A DNA stretch of 64,000 bases, from IMG/VR virus record IMGVR_UViG_3300028027_000001. One strand, 5' to 3'. The stretch's first letter is position 1, and each line of letters starts with the position of its first letter. Positions 48,406 through 58,978 of this stretch are shown here, piece after piece. The notes beneath the pieces are model-generated. The model searched no databases. It was not told the origin of the DNA and saw only the letters and a list, made by a program, of their open reading frames with translations. Both the position numbers and the translations under genes were made by a program. Source of the DNA: a virus.

Positions 48406-49401
48406 TTAAGCCAATCCTGCTAATTTACGCATTCTATCGAATACTGCGTTTGATTCAACGATTGGATGTTTAGTTGTTGTAACTGGTGTAGTAGTTGATC
48501 TTGATGCTCTACCTAAGTTTTCGCGAATTGGGTTAGTTTTAACTTTTAATCCCTCGTTTAAAGTTGAATAAACTAATTTTACTTCTTTAACTGTAGTAGC
48601 TTTGTCAAATGAACTCAATACTTTCACTTTTTGCTCTTCGTTTAATGATTTTGCTTTGAAGATTTTATTTGTGTAAAGAAGTTTAGCGTTTAACAAGTTG
48701 ATCTCGTTTAATTCTGAACGTAGTGTTTCGATTGTAGAGTAAGCATTTTCTAATTCTGTTGTTAATGATGTAGTGTCTACTGTTGTTTCAGTAACTGTTT
48801 CTTCTTCGATTTCTCTTAACAATTCAGCTAAGTCTACATCTTCTTCTTCACTGTTGTCCAAGTCTAAGTCAATTTCTTCGTCGCCTTCTTCCTCTTCACC
48901 TTCTTCGCCATGTCCTGCTTCTAATTCTCCATCTTTAACCATATCCGCAATTACGTCTTCGATCATTGATTTCAAATCTTCGTCAGTCATGTCTTCTAAT
49001 TTCATCGGTTCTTCCTCTTCTTCTTCCTCCTCTTCGGATTCACCAGCTTCTTCAGCTTCGTTTAAAGTTTCGTCGATTTCTTCTTCGCTTTCAATCTCTG
49101 CAAGTAACTCTTCTAAGTCGATTTCTTCTTCGTCTAGGGCCTTTTTACCCATTTCTCCGAATCCTGTATTTTCAGGTGTATCGAACTCACCAAATCCTTC
49201 TTCTACTTCATCATACGTTTCTTCAATTGATTCTTCTGACAAATCTTCGTCAGCCATTTCTTGAAGTTTTAACGATAACATAGATTTTAATTGTGGTGTG
49301 AATGCTTCTTCCAGAGCTGCTTTTGCGTTTGCTATAGCCATATCTTTTACAGATTTAGCGTCAGCGATTGCTTCTGCAAGCATGTCTCTGTTTGTTGCCA
49401 T
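48406..49401 (-). CDS. Prohead core scaffold protein
   Basis: Highly acidic coiled-coil (EAIADAK, ALEEAFTP, LNEINLLNAKLLY) between the protease and capsid genes. Confidence 0.85.
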   Translation of the reverse strand: MATNRDMLAEAIADAKSVKDMAIANAKAALEEAFTPQLKSMLSLKLQEMADEDLSEESIEETYDEVEEGFGEFDTPENTGFGEMGKKALDEEEIDLEELLAEIESEEEIDETLNEAEEAGESEEEEEEEEEPMKLEDMTDEDLKSMIEDVIADMVKDGELEAGHGEEGEEEEGDEEIDLDLDNSEEEDVDLAELLREIEEETVTETTVDTTSLTTELENAYSTIETLRSELNEINLLNAKLLYTNKIFKAKSLNEEQKVKVLSSFDKATTVKEVKLVYSTLNEGLKVKTNPIRENLGRASRSTTTPVTTTKHPIVESNAVFDRMRKLAGLA

Positions 49402-49518
49402 TTTTCCTAAATTATGTTTTTTGTTGGGAAAATACGTTTATTGGAAACGTAATAGAATATAAATTAATTGGATACCATATAATATATTGAGGGGATGGTA
49501 TATTCGGAGTATACGTAT
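49402..49518 (-). ncRNA. Candidate structured 5' leader of the scaffold/capsid operon
   Basis: Stems ATACCAT/ATGGTAT, TACGTTT/AAACGTA and TTTTCC/GGAAAA between a late-like motif and the ATG. Confidence 0.5.
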
Positions 49519-49604
49519 GTGTGGAGGTAGTCAAAGTCGCATAGGACAAAAAAAGCCCCCAAAAGAGGGAGCGATTTTTGACCGGTTTGCAATCTTAAAT
49601 ATTT

Positions 49605-50240
49605 TTAAAATATAGGGCATGTGCCTTTAGCACATAGTATTTCGGTAACTAGTGAATTAACTTTATTGTATGGGTTTAATTGTGTAGTTCTAGATTCGTT
49701 AAGTTGACCAGGTTGGGTAAACCATGAATTTGGATTTGATGGGTTGCTTACAAAATCGAAACAAAGCAATTCGAAATCATCTTGTACCTCCATGACTTCA
49801 CCTACTTGTTTGAGTGAACCCATACCACGAGATGACATACCAACGTTCAAGCCATTCTTAATCAATGCCCCAACAATACGTCCAGAAGATGTTCCCTTTT
49901 CACCCATGTCCGAGAATATTTCTATTAACCCCATAATTTTATCCCCATCCCACCATATCTTTCGAATAGCATGAGATACGTTTTTAAGGTTGATAATTTG
50001 TGAATCTGGATGGTCTAACTCACCACATACTTCTGTAGTTTTTTTCTGGATATGTTGTTGGAATTTATCTATTTCACGTTCCCATAGTTCACGTGGGTAG
50101 TAGCGGCCATTTCCATTTTTTACTTCAACGGTTGCTAAGATACCTTCTACAAATACATTACCACCATTTCCCTGTCCTTCTACTAGAAGGACAGGTGATG
50201 GGTTAAAGTATCGTGTTTCAATTAATAATTGTTTGTTCAT
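49605..50240 (-). CDS. Prohead protease (T4 gp21-like)
   Basis: KNGNGRYYP, GELDHP, SHAI, GMSSRGMGSL, DFVSNPS. Confidence 0.95.
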   Translation of the reverse strand: MNKQLLIETRYFNPSPVLLVEGQGNGGNVFVEGILATVEVKNGNGRYYPRELWEREIDKFQQHIQKKTTEVCGELDHPDSQIINLKNVSHAIRKIWWDGDKIMGLIEIFSDMGEKGTSSGRIVGALIKNGLNVGMSSRGMGSLKQVGEVMEVQDDFELLCFDFVSNPSNPNSWFTQPGQLNESRTTQLNPYNKVNSLVTEILCAKGTCPIF

Positions 50241-50258
50241 GGGGGGTAAATATATTTT

Positions 50259-51395
50259 TTAGTAATCCATTCCTTCAAACCCACCAATTATATCGTTGTA
50301 TAATTCGCGTTTGAATTGTGGGTAATCAGCCATAATTGAGTCGATGTCTTCTCCTTCATTATAACGATCTTCTGCGTCTTGCTTAGCAGCCATATATTCT
50401 GGTGATGCTTCGTCTGTGTTTTCAGTTTCGTCAAGTACTTCTTTTTTCTTACCCTTCATGGATTTCTCCAATTTTGCTTTTGCTTTTTCTAGCAACTTGA
50501 TTTCTTTTTGAAGTGCTTTAATTTTCTTACCATCTGTCAAGTCTTTCAAGTCTTCGTTTTCGTCTAACATATTTAATTGTGCTTGACGTTTTTCGATTTC
50601 TTCTTGTACTTTGTTAAGTTTTGATTGTGTTACTTCGTTTGCTACTTCACCATCAATTTCTTTTAAACGTTTATGTACATTTTCGTTTAATGGTGTTTTA
50701 CTCATTTCTTCAGCAATGATTGAGCGAATAATACCGCGTAACTTTGATTCGTTGATTGACATATCTTTTGTTTGTTTATTTTCGTTCAATTTAACTGCTT
50801 CCATTCCAGATGAAGCATATTTTCCTTTTGCTTCTTTTGGTGTACCTAAGCCTGGGTGTTCAGTTGTATAGCCTAATTCTTTAACACCAAATTGTCCTTC
50901 TTTAGTGTAGTGGATAGGATCTTTTTGTAGGTTTTTAAGCACAATGGATTTTAATTCTTCCATTGTTTTATCACAATTCTTAGGGTCTTTCATTTCCGCG
51001 TAATAACCCATCATTACTTGGTCGAATATAACGTTGTCGATATTTTTCTCGTCTGCGTTATCGTGCGCGTGTTCTTGCTTGTCTTCAACCGATTTAGATA
51101 CGGTTTTTGCTTCTGCTTTATCCGCCGATTCTTTCTTTTTTGCTTCTTTCAAAAATGAATCAAACGCAGTTTCAAATGACTCTTTTTTAGTTGGAGTTAA
51201 CTGATTTATTGCTTGTAAACCAACTATGTTCTCACTAATAACATTTTTGTCTTTTAAGATACGTGTAGTTAATTCAATATCAGCATTAACCGGAATAAGA
51301 TTTGGAAATTGACGTTTTGCTTCAGTTAAGAATACACCTTTATGTCCTTTTCCCTCTTTGATTAGTAAATATTGGTCTTGTAGTGTTTTTTTCAT
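50259..51395 (-). CDS. Hypothetical prohead core protein
   Basis: Charged protein with repeated (L/I)xE sites, located between portal and protease. Confidence 0.65.
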   Translation of the reverse strand: MKKTLQDQYLLIKEGKGHKGVFLTEAKRQFPNLIPVNADIELTTRILKDKNVISENIVGLQAINQLTPTKKESFETAFDSFLKEAKKKESADKAEAKTVSKSVEDKQEHAHDNADEKNIDNVIFDQVMMGYYAEMKDPKNCDKTMEELKSIVLKNLQKDPIHYTKEGQFGVKELGYTTEHPGLGTPKEAKGKYASSGMEAVKLNENKQTKDMSINESKLRGIIRSIIAEEMSKTPLNENVHKRLKEIDGEVANEVTQSKLNKVQEEIEKRQAQLNMLDENEDLKDLTDGKKIKALQKEIKLLEKAKAKLEKSMKGKKKEVLDETENTDEASPEYMAAKQDAEDRYNEGEDIDSIMADYPQFKRELYNDIIGGFEGMDY

Positions 51396-52093
51396 TTGTT
51401 TGCAGTTAATAGTGTTTCGATGTTTTTTAGGTAATCTAAAATCATCTCGGTTGGTTTATATATATCGTATGATCCGGGATGTTCATTATAGTAATCTGCG
51501 GTTTCGTTTTTTGCGTTAGATACAAGTGGATGTAGCGCGTTTAAACGCGTTTCTATGTCGTCGAATGCAGATATGCGCTCACGTTGGAAATCGCTGGTTT
51601 CGTTAATGGGTTCTACTTCAAATAGTTGTTTTACTTCTAAACCAGATCCCTTAATTTTATTAGGAACAGCTTTATATCCTAGTTTGTAGTAGAATTTAGT
51701 GGCAGCACCTTTAGCATTTTTATTTTTGTTAAATGCTTTAGGTGTAGCATATTGCTCACCAGCACCCGGTAAAAAGGAGGCACCACCCTGGGAAGTAGTT
51801 GAATCTTCTTCTAGGTGGCCTTTTGAAATTTTAAATTGATATAATTTTTGGCGGATTATTTTTCCTATTTTAATAATATCTTTTAATTTAGAATCATCAT
51901 ATTTAGCAGATGCATTTTCTAATTGCTTGACAACATCTACTACGGCTCTATAAGTTTTGTCTAAATCAGGAGCATATTCCACATCCCACTCTGATGAGTG
52001 GGTTTCGGGGTCGTCCGTTACATGTTTCGTTGAGAAAAAATGTTGATGGACTTCTTGGAATAATTGAATAGAATTCTTTTTTAGATTATCCAT
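51392..52093 (-). CDS. Hypothetical head-assembly protein; probable start 52093
   Basis: GAGEQYATPKAF motif; translationally coupled to its neighbours. Confidence 0.65.
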   Translation of the reverse strand: MDNLKKNSIQLFQEVHQHFFSTKHVTDDPETHSSEWDVEYAPDLDKTYRAVVDVVKQLENASAKYDDSKLKDIIKIGKIIRQKLYQFKISKGHLEEDSTTSQGGASFLPGAGEQYATPKAFNKNKNAKGAATKFYYKLGYKAVPNKIKGSGLEVKQLFEVEPINETSDFQRERISAFDDIETRLNALHPLVSNAKNETADYYNEHPGSYDIYKPTEMILDYLKNIETLLTANK

Positions 52094-52949
52094 TAGCTTG
52101 TTCAAGTTCTTTTACTAAATCGTAATATTGTAATAGGTCAACTATATTGTTGTCTTTAATTTTATGTGTTTTACCAGGTATAGTAATCATGTTGATTATT
52201 TCATCAATTTTGATTTTAGTTACTTGGTTTTTTGTATGTTTGTTTATTTCTGTTAGTTGGGACTTGATTTCGTTTGTTTTATCAATATAAAATTCACGTA
52301 AGCGGGTACTGTTGTCTACTGAATTGATATATTCTTTAAGTACTGCTTTTTGATTTGAGTCGAAATTATTATATTTACTGTTAAATTTATCTAATGACAT
52401 TCTATATGCTAACAAACGTACATCTTTATCTGAATCGATAAATGCTTCCATTACGTCATCCTTTACTTTTTTCTCGGTAATAGGTGCAGCTGTTAAATGT
52501 TCAAGTATAGTTACTTTGTTATTTATTATTTGTTCAGGATTAACAGTATTTGGTGGGATATTATATGTTTCTAATAATGTATAAAACGCAGCAAATACTT
52601 TGTAATTAGGTAGTTTGTGATTAAAGAATTTTTCTAAATCGTAGTGTTCCTTAATTTCTTTAATTAAATTATACTTTTGGCGTTTAATAGCACCACGATT
52701 TAAAGTCTTGGAAGATTCAGCTAATGCATTTACTACTATATTTGCCTTAGTTTCAGTTAATGAAGTTTTTTTCAATAACGTTTCATATAGTTTATACTCA
52801 CGCCCTAACTCGGTTTTTACGAAATATTTTTTTAGTAGGCCTTTTACTGGTGAATCTTTTCCGTCTAAAGTGTCAGAGGTGATTTGGCGAACCAACAATT
52901 CAAATAATATTCCTGTATTTTTATACTTCGAATGTTTTATGAGATTCAT
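52086..52949 (-). CDS. Hypothetical head-assembly protein
   Basis: IKHSKYKNTGILFELLVRQI N-terminus; late motif at 52970; directly downstream of portal. Confidence 0.7.
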   Translation of the reverse strand: MNLIKHSKYKNTGILFELLVRQITSDTLDGKDSPVKGLLKKYFVKTELGREYKLYETLLKKTSLTETKANIVVNALAESSKTLNRGAIKRQKYNLIKEIKEHYDLEKFFNHKLPNYKVFAAFYTLLETYNIPPNTVNPEQIINNKVTILEHLTAAPITEKKVKDDVMEAFIDSDKDVRLLAYRMSLDKFNSKYNNFDSNQKAVLKEYINSVDNSTRLREFYIDKTNEIKSQLTEINKHTKNQVTKIKIDEIINMITIPGKTHKIKDNNIVDLLQYYDLVKELEQANG

Positions 52950-52989
52950 TCTATATAGTTTAGTTTAATTATAAATATGGTAAAATATG

Positions 52990-54888
52990 TTACTCTCGTA
53001 TTTGTGACTCATCTAGTAGCGAATTTCCGTTAATATCTGATTCAAATATGATACGTTTTTTATTTTGATTTATTTGGTTAAATAAAGCCGCGTTGCGTTT
53101 TGGGTGTTTTTTTGATTCAAGTGCTAACGGAGATCCACCTTTGTAGTTTGGTTTAATTGAATCTGAGGAGTCATTATCTTTTTTCATACCCATAACACCA
53201 AGTAAATCTTTACCAAATGCACTATCTTGAGTATTACGATTGGTTACTTTTTCTTCAGGTCGTCCAAGTGGATTTTTCTCATCGTATCCATCAGGTAATT
53301 GGGTATCTTCGTATCTTCCTCTACCATACAATGATGCTAAATCGTGTGGAGTACCATATGATTTACCAGTTTCAAGTGGATCGTTTCCTTCGTTTTCAAT
53401 TTGAGCTAATCTAAATTTACGCTTAGCATCTTGCATTATCAAGTCTTTATATTCATCAAATTTATCTTCACTAAACTGGAATATATGCTCATAAATAAAA
53501 TCGGATGGTAATAATTTATTTTCCATCATAGAGTTGGCTAATTCTACTTTTTCTTTAAGTAATGCAATTTTTTCTTGTTCGAATATGATTGATGGGTTGG
53601 TTAATGATAATTCAAAGTTTGTTAAATTTTCATCAGTATAACCTTGTGAATACAAATGCACTAATGCTATCTTAGTTAATTCAGATACCATAATGCTTTG
53701 TATGCGGGAAATGGTACGAGCAAAACGAATATCTTCAGCAGCTAAAGTTGCTTTACCCGTTAAATCTTTTTCATAACCCATAAATGCTTTTGGGACCTTT
53801 AAAGCAGCAAATAATTTGTCACGCAAATATTCAACATCCTGGATCCCATCATATTGTAAACCACCTAAATTATCTATTTTGGTTGCTTGATCATTACCGC
53901 GTACTGGGATGTAGAAATCTTCAAGCAGGTTTTGCATGTTATATTTCAAGTTATAATCACCAGTTTGTTGGTCAATATATGGAGTACGTTTCATTTTAGA
54001 AATGGTTTTCTGCATGAAATTTTCTACTTCTGTTGGTGCAATATTACCTACGTTGATATAGAATATACGTTTTTCAGGTGCCCTTACAATCCTATGAATT
54101 AACATAGCATCTTCCATCATCGTATACTGTTTAAACAATTTACGCCCTGGTTCTAAGTATGATCTACCATATGGTAAAAAGTTAGTATCAGTTAATAAGC
54201 GGAAATGAGCCATTTCGTAGTTATCAAAGTATACATCGTTTGCTTGATTAGCTGAATTAGGCACATTGTAATAACCATAGTTAGATGGGGATGAAACGCC
54301 ATCTGGTTGGAATTTATATCGCACCCCTGATGGGTTATCTCTATCATATCCGTCTTGTCTTTCAATATGGAATGCGTTAAATGGTATTACGTTATACACA
54401 CCAAACTTTTCAGATATTTCTAGTTTAAGGAAAAAGTCACCGTATTTGCACATACCTCTAACCCACGGCCATAAATTAAATTCAACGTTTAGAACGTCGT
54501 AGAACAAATTATATAGTATCTTTTGAATATCTTCATCTGAGCTGCGGATTTGAAGTATTTCCCCCATATCGTTTTTCAATGTACTTTCATCAGCAATGAT
54601 ATCTAATGCTGATGCTACAATAGCATCGGTATCCATTGCATCATATTCAGAATACAATGTAGGGCGTAATGTTTGGTAGTTAAAACTACTTTGATAACCA
54701 TATATTGAAGTATGAGTATTTGTCCATATTCTACTGAATCTATCTACCAATGAATTGGTTTCGTATTTTCCAGATTGTTGAATTTTATTTACATCCATCA
54801 CCTTCAATCCAGCTCCACCCTCATTACGAATGATGACATCTGTTGAAAATAATCGTTTTAATCGAGGTAATAAATTTGTGTTAGCCAT
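52990..54888 (-). CDS. Portal protein (T4 gp20-like)
   Basis: ALDIIADE, PYGRSYLE, MEDAMLIHRIVRAPEKRIFYINVGN, EDFYIPVRG, LFAALKVPK. Confidence 0.96.
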   Translation of the reverse strand: MANTNLLPRLKRLFSTDVIIRNEGGAGLKVMDVNKIQQSGKYETNSLVDRFSRIWTNTHTSIYGYQSSFNYQTLRPTLYSEYDAMDTDAIVASALDIIADESTLKNDMGEILQIRSSDEDIQKILYNLFYDVLNVEFNLWPWVRGMCKYGDFFLKLEISEKFGVYNVIPFNAFHIERQDGYDRDNPSGVRYKFQPDGVSSPSNYGYYNVPNSANQANDVYFDNYEMAHFRLLTDTNFLPYGRSYLEPGRKLFKQYTMMEDAMLIHRIVRAPEKRIFYINVGNIAPTEVENFMQKTISKMKRTPYIDQQTGDYNLKYNMQNLLEDFYIPVRGNDQATKIDNLGGLQYDGIQDVEYLRDKLFAALKVPKAFMGYEKDLTGKATLAAEDIRFARTISRIQSIMVSELTKIALVHLYSQGYTDENLTNFELSLTNPSIIFEQEKIALLKEKVELANSMMENKLLPSDFIYEHIFQFSEDKFDEYKDLIMQDAKRKFRLAQIENEGNDPLETGKSYGTPHDLASLYGRGRYEDTQLPDGYDEKNPLGRPEEKVTNRNTQDSAFGKDLLGVMGMKKDNDSSDSIKPNYKGGSPLALESKKHPKRNAALFNQINQNKKRIIFESDINGNSLLDESQIRE

Positions 54889-54910
54889 ATATATTTTAAT
54901 TATTTTTTAT

Positions 54911-56491
54911 TCAAAGCAACCATGATATATCTTCGGTGCCATTTCCGTATGGGTTAGGTATGTTGAATTGGTTTTGGTTTGAACCATTCATATAACCACC
55001 AGCATATGGGTTTGATGTTGTATTAATACTATTTAATATACTTCGAGACATATCCATACCTTGTTGTCTCATTTTAAATGTTGTGTCTCTTAAATAACAC
55101 CCAATAGAAAAGGCCATTACTAGGTCATCATTATATCCTGTCTGTGCTTCAGCACGGCCATTTTTCCAAACAAACACTTTCATTTCCTCAAATAACCTAG
55201 ATGAATATATGATTCCACTTTTGTCTCTCACAGCTTCTTGGAACTTTCCTATAGCTACTGGTCGATTTTGTTGGTTAAGGTTAAATCCCGCTACCATTTT
55301 ACTACTATCCATTACTGGATCAAAATATGAATTAACGCTAGATCCTTTTGGTGTATAGTATAAGTTAGGATACCCACGATCAATTATAGTCTGGATGGTT
55401 GACCAGCCAATAGATGCGTTTTCTACGGCTAATAAAGCATTATTATATTCGGTTGCTATACCAACAAGTAAATGTCCAAATTCAGTGGTGGTTAATTGCC
55501 CCCTATATTCACCCACTTGTTTAAATGATTCAACATCAAATATATGGAATGTTGAAAAATCCTTTCCATCACCTCTAGCAACGTCTGCCGCTACCATGTA
55601 ATTGCGAGAATAATCAGCAGGTTCCCATATCCATAAATTTTGGTCAACACCTCGTTTTTCCAATGGTTCTCGAATATATGTTTGAGATATAAAATCCATA
55701 TCTTCTGGGGTGAATACAGTATCACCGGATGTTGAGAAATCACAATCACACTCTTGTGCCGCCATACGAATACCTAAATCCGCGTCCTGTTTATCTCTCC
55801 AATTTTGGTCTCGTTCAGGGTGGACACTCCAAGGTAATTTGATTGGCAAGAATGAATTATCACCCATTTCAGCACCTAACCATGTTTTATGGAACCAGTT
55901 ACCTGTACCATATGGTGTGGATAATGCGATGCAGCCCCCACCAGTTGCTAGGGTTTGTTGAGCAGATGCCCATATCTCACCAATGTTGTTGATGAATGCA
56001 GCCTCATCAATTAGTAGCAAAGATACTGCTTCTGATCGACCTGCATCAGATGATGCTGATGTTGCTTTAATTTGGGAACCGTTGTTGAGACGTAGGGTTA
56101 ATTTGTTATCTTCAACTGGTTTGTCTTTTTCACGTAACCATGTAGGTAAATTGTCGTACATGAATTTTACCTTGGTTACAATATTTTTTGCAGTATCCTG
56201 TTTAGTGGCAATACAAAGTATGTTTTTATCTTGATGGAATAACATTAACCATACCGCATAACCTGATGCTAATGTAGATATACCTAACTGCCTGGATTTA
56301 AGTACGATTGAATACGGGTTTTCTTGGAATAATTGAAGTACCTTTTCCTGGAATGGGTATAATTGGAATTGGATGCGTCCGCGTTTAGGGTGTTGGATAT
56401 AACAATATTTCTTCATGAAATATGCTGGAGATTGGGAGCATTTAATGTATTCTTCCCTGATTACTTGGCGTAGGCTTTTATTTGATTCCAT
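54911..56491 (-). CDS. Terminase large subunit (T4 gp17-like)
   Basis: LYPFQ, LKSRQLGIST, LLIDEAAF, LSTPYG, AADVARGDGKDFS, NDDLVMA. Confidence 0.97.
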   Translation of the reverse strand: MESNKSLRQVIREEYIKCSQSPAYFMKKYCYIQHPKRGRIQFQLYPFQEKVLQLFQENPYSIVLKSRQLGISTLASGYAVWLMLFHQDKNILCIATKQDTAKNIVTKVKFMYDNLPTWLREKDKPVEDNKLTLRLNNGSQIKATSASSDAGRSEAVSLLLIDEAAFINNIGEIWASAQQTLATGGGCIALSTPYGTGNWFHKTWLGAEMGDNSFLPIKLPWSVHPERDQNWRDKQDADLGIRMAAQECDCDFSTSGDTVFTPEDMDFISQTYIREPLEKRGVDQNLWIWEPADYSRNYMVAADVARGDGKDFSTFHIFDVESFKQVGEYRGQLTTTEFGHLLVGIATEYNNALLAVENASIGWSTIQTIIDRGYPNLYYTPKGSSVNSYFDPVMDSSKMVAGFNLNQQNRPVAIGKFQEAVRDKSGIIYSSRLFEEMKVFVWKNGRAEAQTGYNDDLVMAFSIGCYLRDTTFKMRQQGMDMSRSILNSINTTSNPYAGGYMNGSNQNQFNIPNPYGNGTEDISWLL

Positions 56492-56492
56492 A

Positions 56493-56921
56493 TTATTTAA
56501 TGTAAAGGAAAATTGATATAATAGCTACAGTACCTATTAAACCCGCAGATAAATATTTTGTTGTTGCCCTATAAATATCTAGTTGGTTTTGTTTATTTTC
56601 ATTATCTGATTTGAGTTCAGCTACCATATATTTTTGAAGGGATATAGTAGTATCACGTAAAGATAATTCTTGAACATATGTTGATGTTTTATCGCGATAT
56701 ATTTTAATTACGCTATCACGTTCAACTAATGATTTTCTATACTGCTCCATAAGAACATGGGTATATTTCAATTCAGCAATTGCTGAGTCTCCTTTAACTA
56801 GATCAATGACTATGTGTTTTGCTGTTGGGTATGGGAAACAAATTTTATTTGTATCGATTTGTGAAAAAACTATAGAGTTGAGTAGAAGTATAACGGTTAA
56901 TATCCTTAATTTTAGTATCAT
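56493..56921 (-). CDS. Secreted/membrane coiled-coil protein (possible spanin component)
   Basis: N-terminal signal-like segment, coiled coil, C-terminal hydrophobic helix. Confidence 0.55.
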   Translation of the reverse strand: MILKLRILTVILLLNSIVFSQIDTNKICFPYPTAKHIVIDLVKGDSAIAELKYTHVLMEQYRKSLVERDSVIKIYRDKTSTYVQELSLRDTTISLQKYMVAELKSDNENKQNQLDIYRATTKYLSAGLIGTVAIISIFLYIK

Positions 56922-57198
56922 AATATGAACGTGTGTCGATTATTTGTTGTTGGGTGTTTTGAATGGCATTATTTAGTGAGTCTATATTTCGAGTATGGTA
57001 GATTAAAGTGCCATCTAATTTATGTTGTTTTAACTGTAGTTGTTTGATAACCCCAGATATACTGTCTATTTGTGTTTGTTGTTTGGTTAAATCTATTGGT
57101 TTTGAACCGCATGATTTAGTTGATATAAATAAAACAACAAGGGCAATACATAATAGTATTACCGTTGATAAATTAATATGAATTACCCTGTCGTTCAT
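56845..57198 (-). CDS. Membrane-anchored coiled-coil protein (possible i-spanin)
   Basis: N-terminal transmembrane LSTVILLCIALVVLFI then coiled coil; overlaps the next gene by 77 nt. Confidence 0.55.
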   Translation of the reverse strand: MNDRVIHINLSTVILLCIALVVLFISTKSCGSKPIDLTKQQTQIDSISGVIKQLQLKQHKLDGTLIYHTRNIDSLNNAIQNTQQQIIDTRSYYDTKIKDINRYTSTQLYSFFTNRYK

Positions 57199-57204
57199 GT
57201 ATTA

Positions 57205-58401
57205 TTACATTTTTACTTGTTTCAATTTTTCAATTGCTGCTTCAATACGCATTTTTTCAGCAGTTAATGCTTTACGTTTTTCCATATCAGGTGAACCAAC
57301 CATTGCTTTAAGTTCAGCTGTCTTAGCGTCCAACGCTTTTTTTAATTTACCATATTTGTCACCAGCGTTTATTGCACCACCTTTAACACTAGCTGCCATT
57401 TTCATTGCTGCTGCGTCTTCTTTGTCTACTGGTTCAGTTTTAGCTGTTGTAGGTTTTTCTGCTTTAGGTTTTTCTGTTTTGGAAGAGGGGGTTGATTTTG
57501 GTTTTGTTGATTTAGGTTCAACTGCAGGTTTTTCAGTTGATTTACGTCCACGTTGTCCTGGTTCATATTCACCTAGTGCTTTTGCTACTGCTTTTTCTGT
57601 TTGAGGACCACCTAAATTAGATGTGTATTTTGGGTCGTCACCATATTTTTCTTCTTGTGCCATTAACGCATCCTCTACTTCTGGGGCAAATTCAGGGCGT
57701 TTCTTTTTACTTAATATGATTTTTGAGATATCTTTTGCTGTTGCATCTGGGAATTTATCTTTTAATTTTTCAGATGCAGACTTAATTGCATTGAATAGTT
57801 CTGTGCCTTTCTCACCACCGATGAAGGGCATTTCATTTAATGTTTCTTCGTCAAGTTGATTACTTTCATCTAATCCTTGCTTTTCTGCATTAACTTTTCG
57901 TAAAAAGTCAATGTAAATATTTTCATCTTTACCATTCAGTCCATAAACGCGTGCGTGGTAAAGGTTCGGGTCATCTTCATTCCATGAAATTTTAACTCCA
58001 TCATTAAACTTAGTAATTACTCTACCTAAACCCATATCCTCCCAATCAGATCCAGAAATAGAAATCTCATTATCTTCATTCAATGACGTGCCTGGTTTAG
58101 ATAATTCTTGTTTAGTTTTATTTAACGCGGTAATTTTTTTATCAATAGCCATGCGTTGAGCATCTGCTGCTGCCTTATTTGCGGCTGCGTCTTCGTTTAC
58201 ATTGAAAGTATTAGCAGTTGCTTCTAATTGTGCTATTTGAGCATCTAGATTATCACGCAATTGTTTCAATTGTTCTACTTGATCTAATAATTTATTCATT
58301 TCACGTTGTTGTGTTTGTGGTGAATCATACATTTGTTCATTCTCACCTAAATAATTAGATATTTCTTCGCGGATAATGCCCATTAAGTAATTTTGTTTCA
58401 T
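57205..58401 (-). CDS. Hypothetical internal/prohead protein with IIREEI leader
   Basis: MKQNYLMGIIREEISNYLGE; several (L/V)NE sites; late motif at 58419. Confidence 0.7.
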   Translation of the reverse strand: MKQNYLMGIIREEISNYLGENEQMYDSPQTQQREMNKLLDQVEQLKQLRDNLDAQIAQLEATANTFNVNEDAAANKAAADAQRMAIDKKITALNKTKQELSKPGTSLNEDNEISISGSDWEDMGLGRVITKFNDGVKISWNEDDPNLYHARVYGLNGKDENIYIDFLRKVNAEKQGLDESNQLDEETLNEMPFIGGEKGTELFNAIKSASEKLKDKFPDATAKDISKIILSKKKRPEFAPEVEDALMAQEEKYGDDPKYTSNLGGPQTEKAVAKALGEYEPGQRGRKSTEKPAVEPKSTKPKSTPSSKTEKPKAEKPTTAKTEPVDKEDAAAMKMAASVKGGAINAGDKYGKLKKALDAKTAELKAMVGSPDMEKRKALTAEKMRIEAAIEKLKQVKM

Positions 58402-58417
58402 TTGAATATATTTTTAA

Positions 58418-58960
58418 TTATAAATATGCGGGGAATATTGTCTGTTTAACTTTGAGTACCCTTTCCTCAACGGAACCCGTTAATTCTGCGTAATTTTTCA
58501 TTTGATATGAATGTTTACGACATATACTTCTGATTTCATCATCCACAGACATTCTATATTCTGGGTCTATGGTTCGCACTCCATTATCTTCGATTGCTAC
58601 CCCATCAGGTGATATGTAGAATATATAGTCGTATTCGGATATTAAACCATATGCTAAATTGCGGAAATCTGATTTTAGATAGAATGGGATAGATTTGGAT
58701 AGTTCAGTAAATGCAATTACATCAATTATTGTACGGTCAGTGATAATATTAGTACACATTAATTCACTAGCACGTTCAGCAGCAAATATAATTTGCCCCT
58801 TAATAGTTGAATCAGTATTGAGTGGTACTCCCAAATCACGCAAGTATTTTGAACGTTCTGTGGTGAATGTATATCCTTCAAATTCAGGTAATTGTTTGAG
58901 TGCATTTACGAGTGTAGTTTTGCCTACCGAAACACTGCCTGTGAAACCTATTTTAGCCAT
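58418..58960 (-). CDS. NadR/Ttd14-like P-loop (AAA_28) nucleotide kinase
   Basis: IGFTGSVSVGKTTLV, ITDRTIIDV, YDYIFY, EDNGVR. Confidence 0.82.
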   Translation of the reverse strand: MAKIGFTGSVSVGKTTLVNALKQLPEFEGYTFTTERSKYLRDLGVPLNTDSTIKGQIIFAAERASELMCTNIITDRTIIDVIAFTELSKSIPFYLKSDFRNLAYGLISEYDYIFYISPDGVAIEDNGVRTIDPEYRMSVDDEIRSICRKHSYQMKNYAELTGSVEERVLKVKQTIFPAYL

Positions 58961-58978
58961 ATAATTTATTATTTAATG

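Noticed and set aside
56440-56491. Terminase N-terminus LRQVIREEY as another capsid-targeting leader
   Set aside because: It lacks the downstream (L/I)xE site and falls in the normal terminase N-terminal helix before the C...P.YF motif, so the resemblance is probably coincidental.
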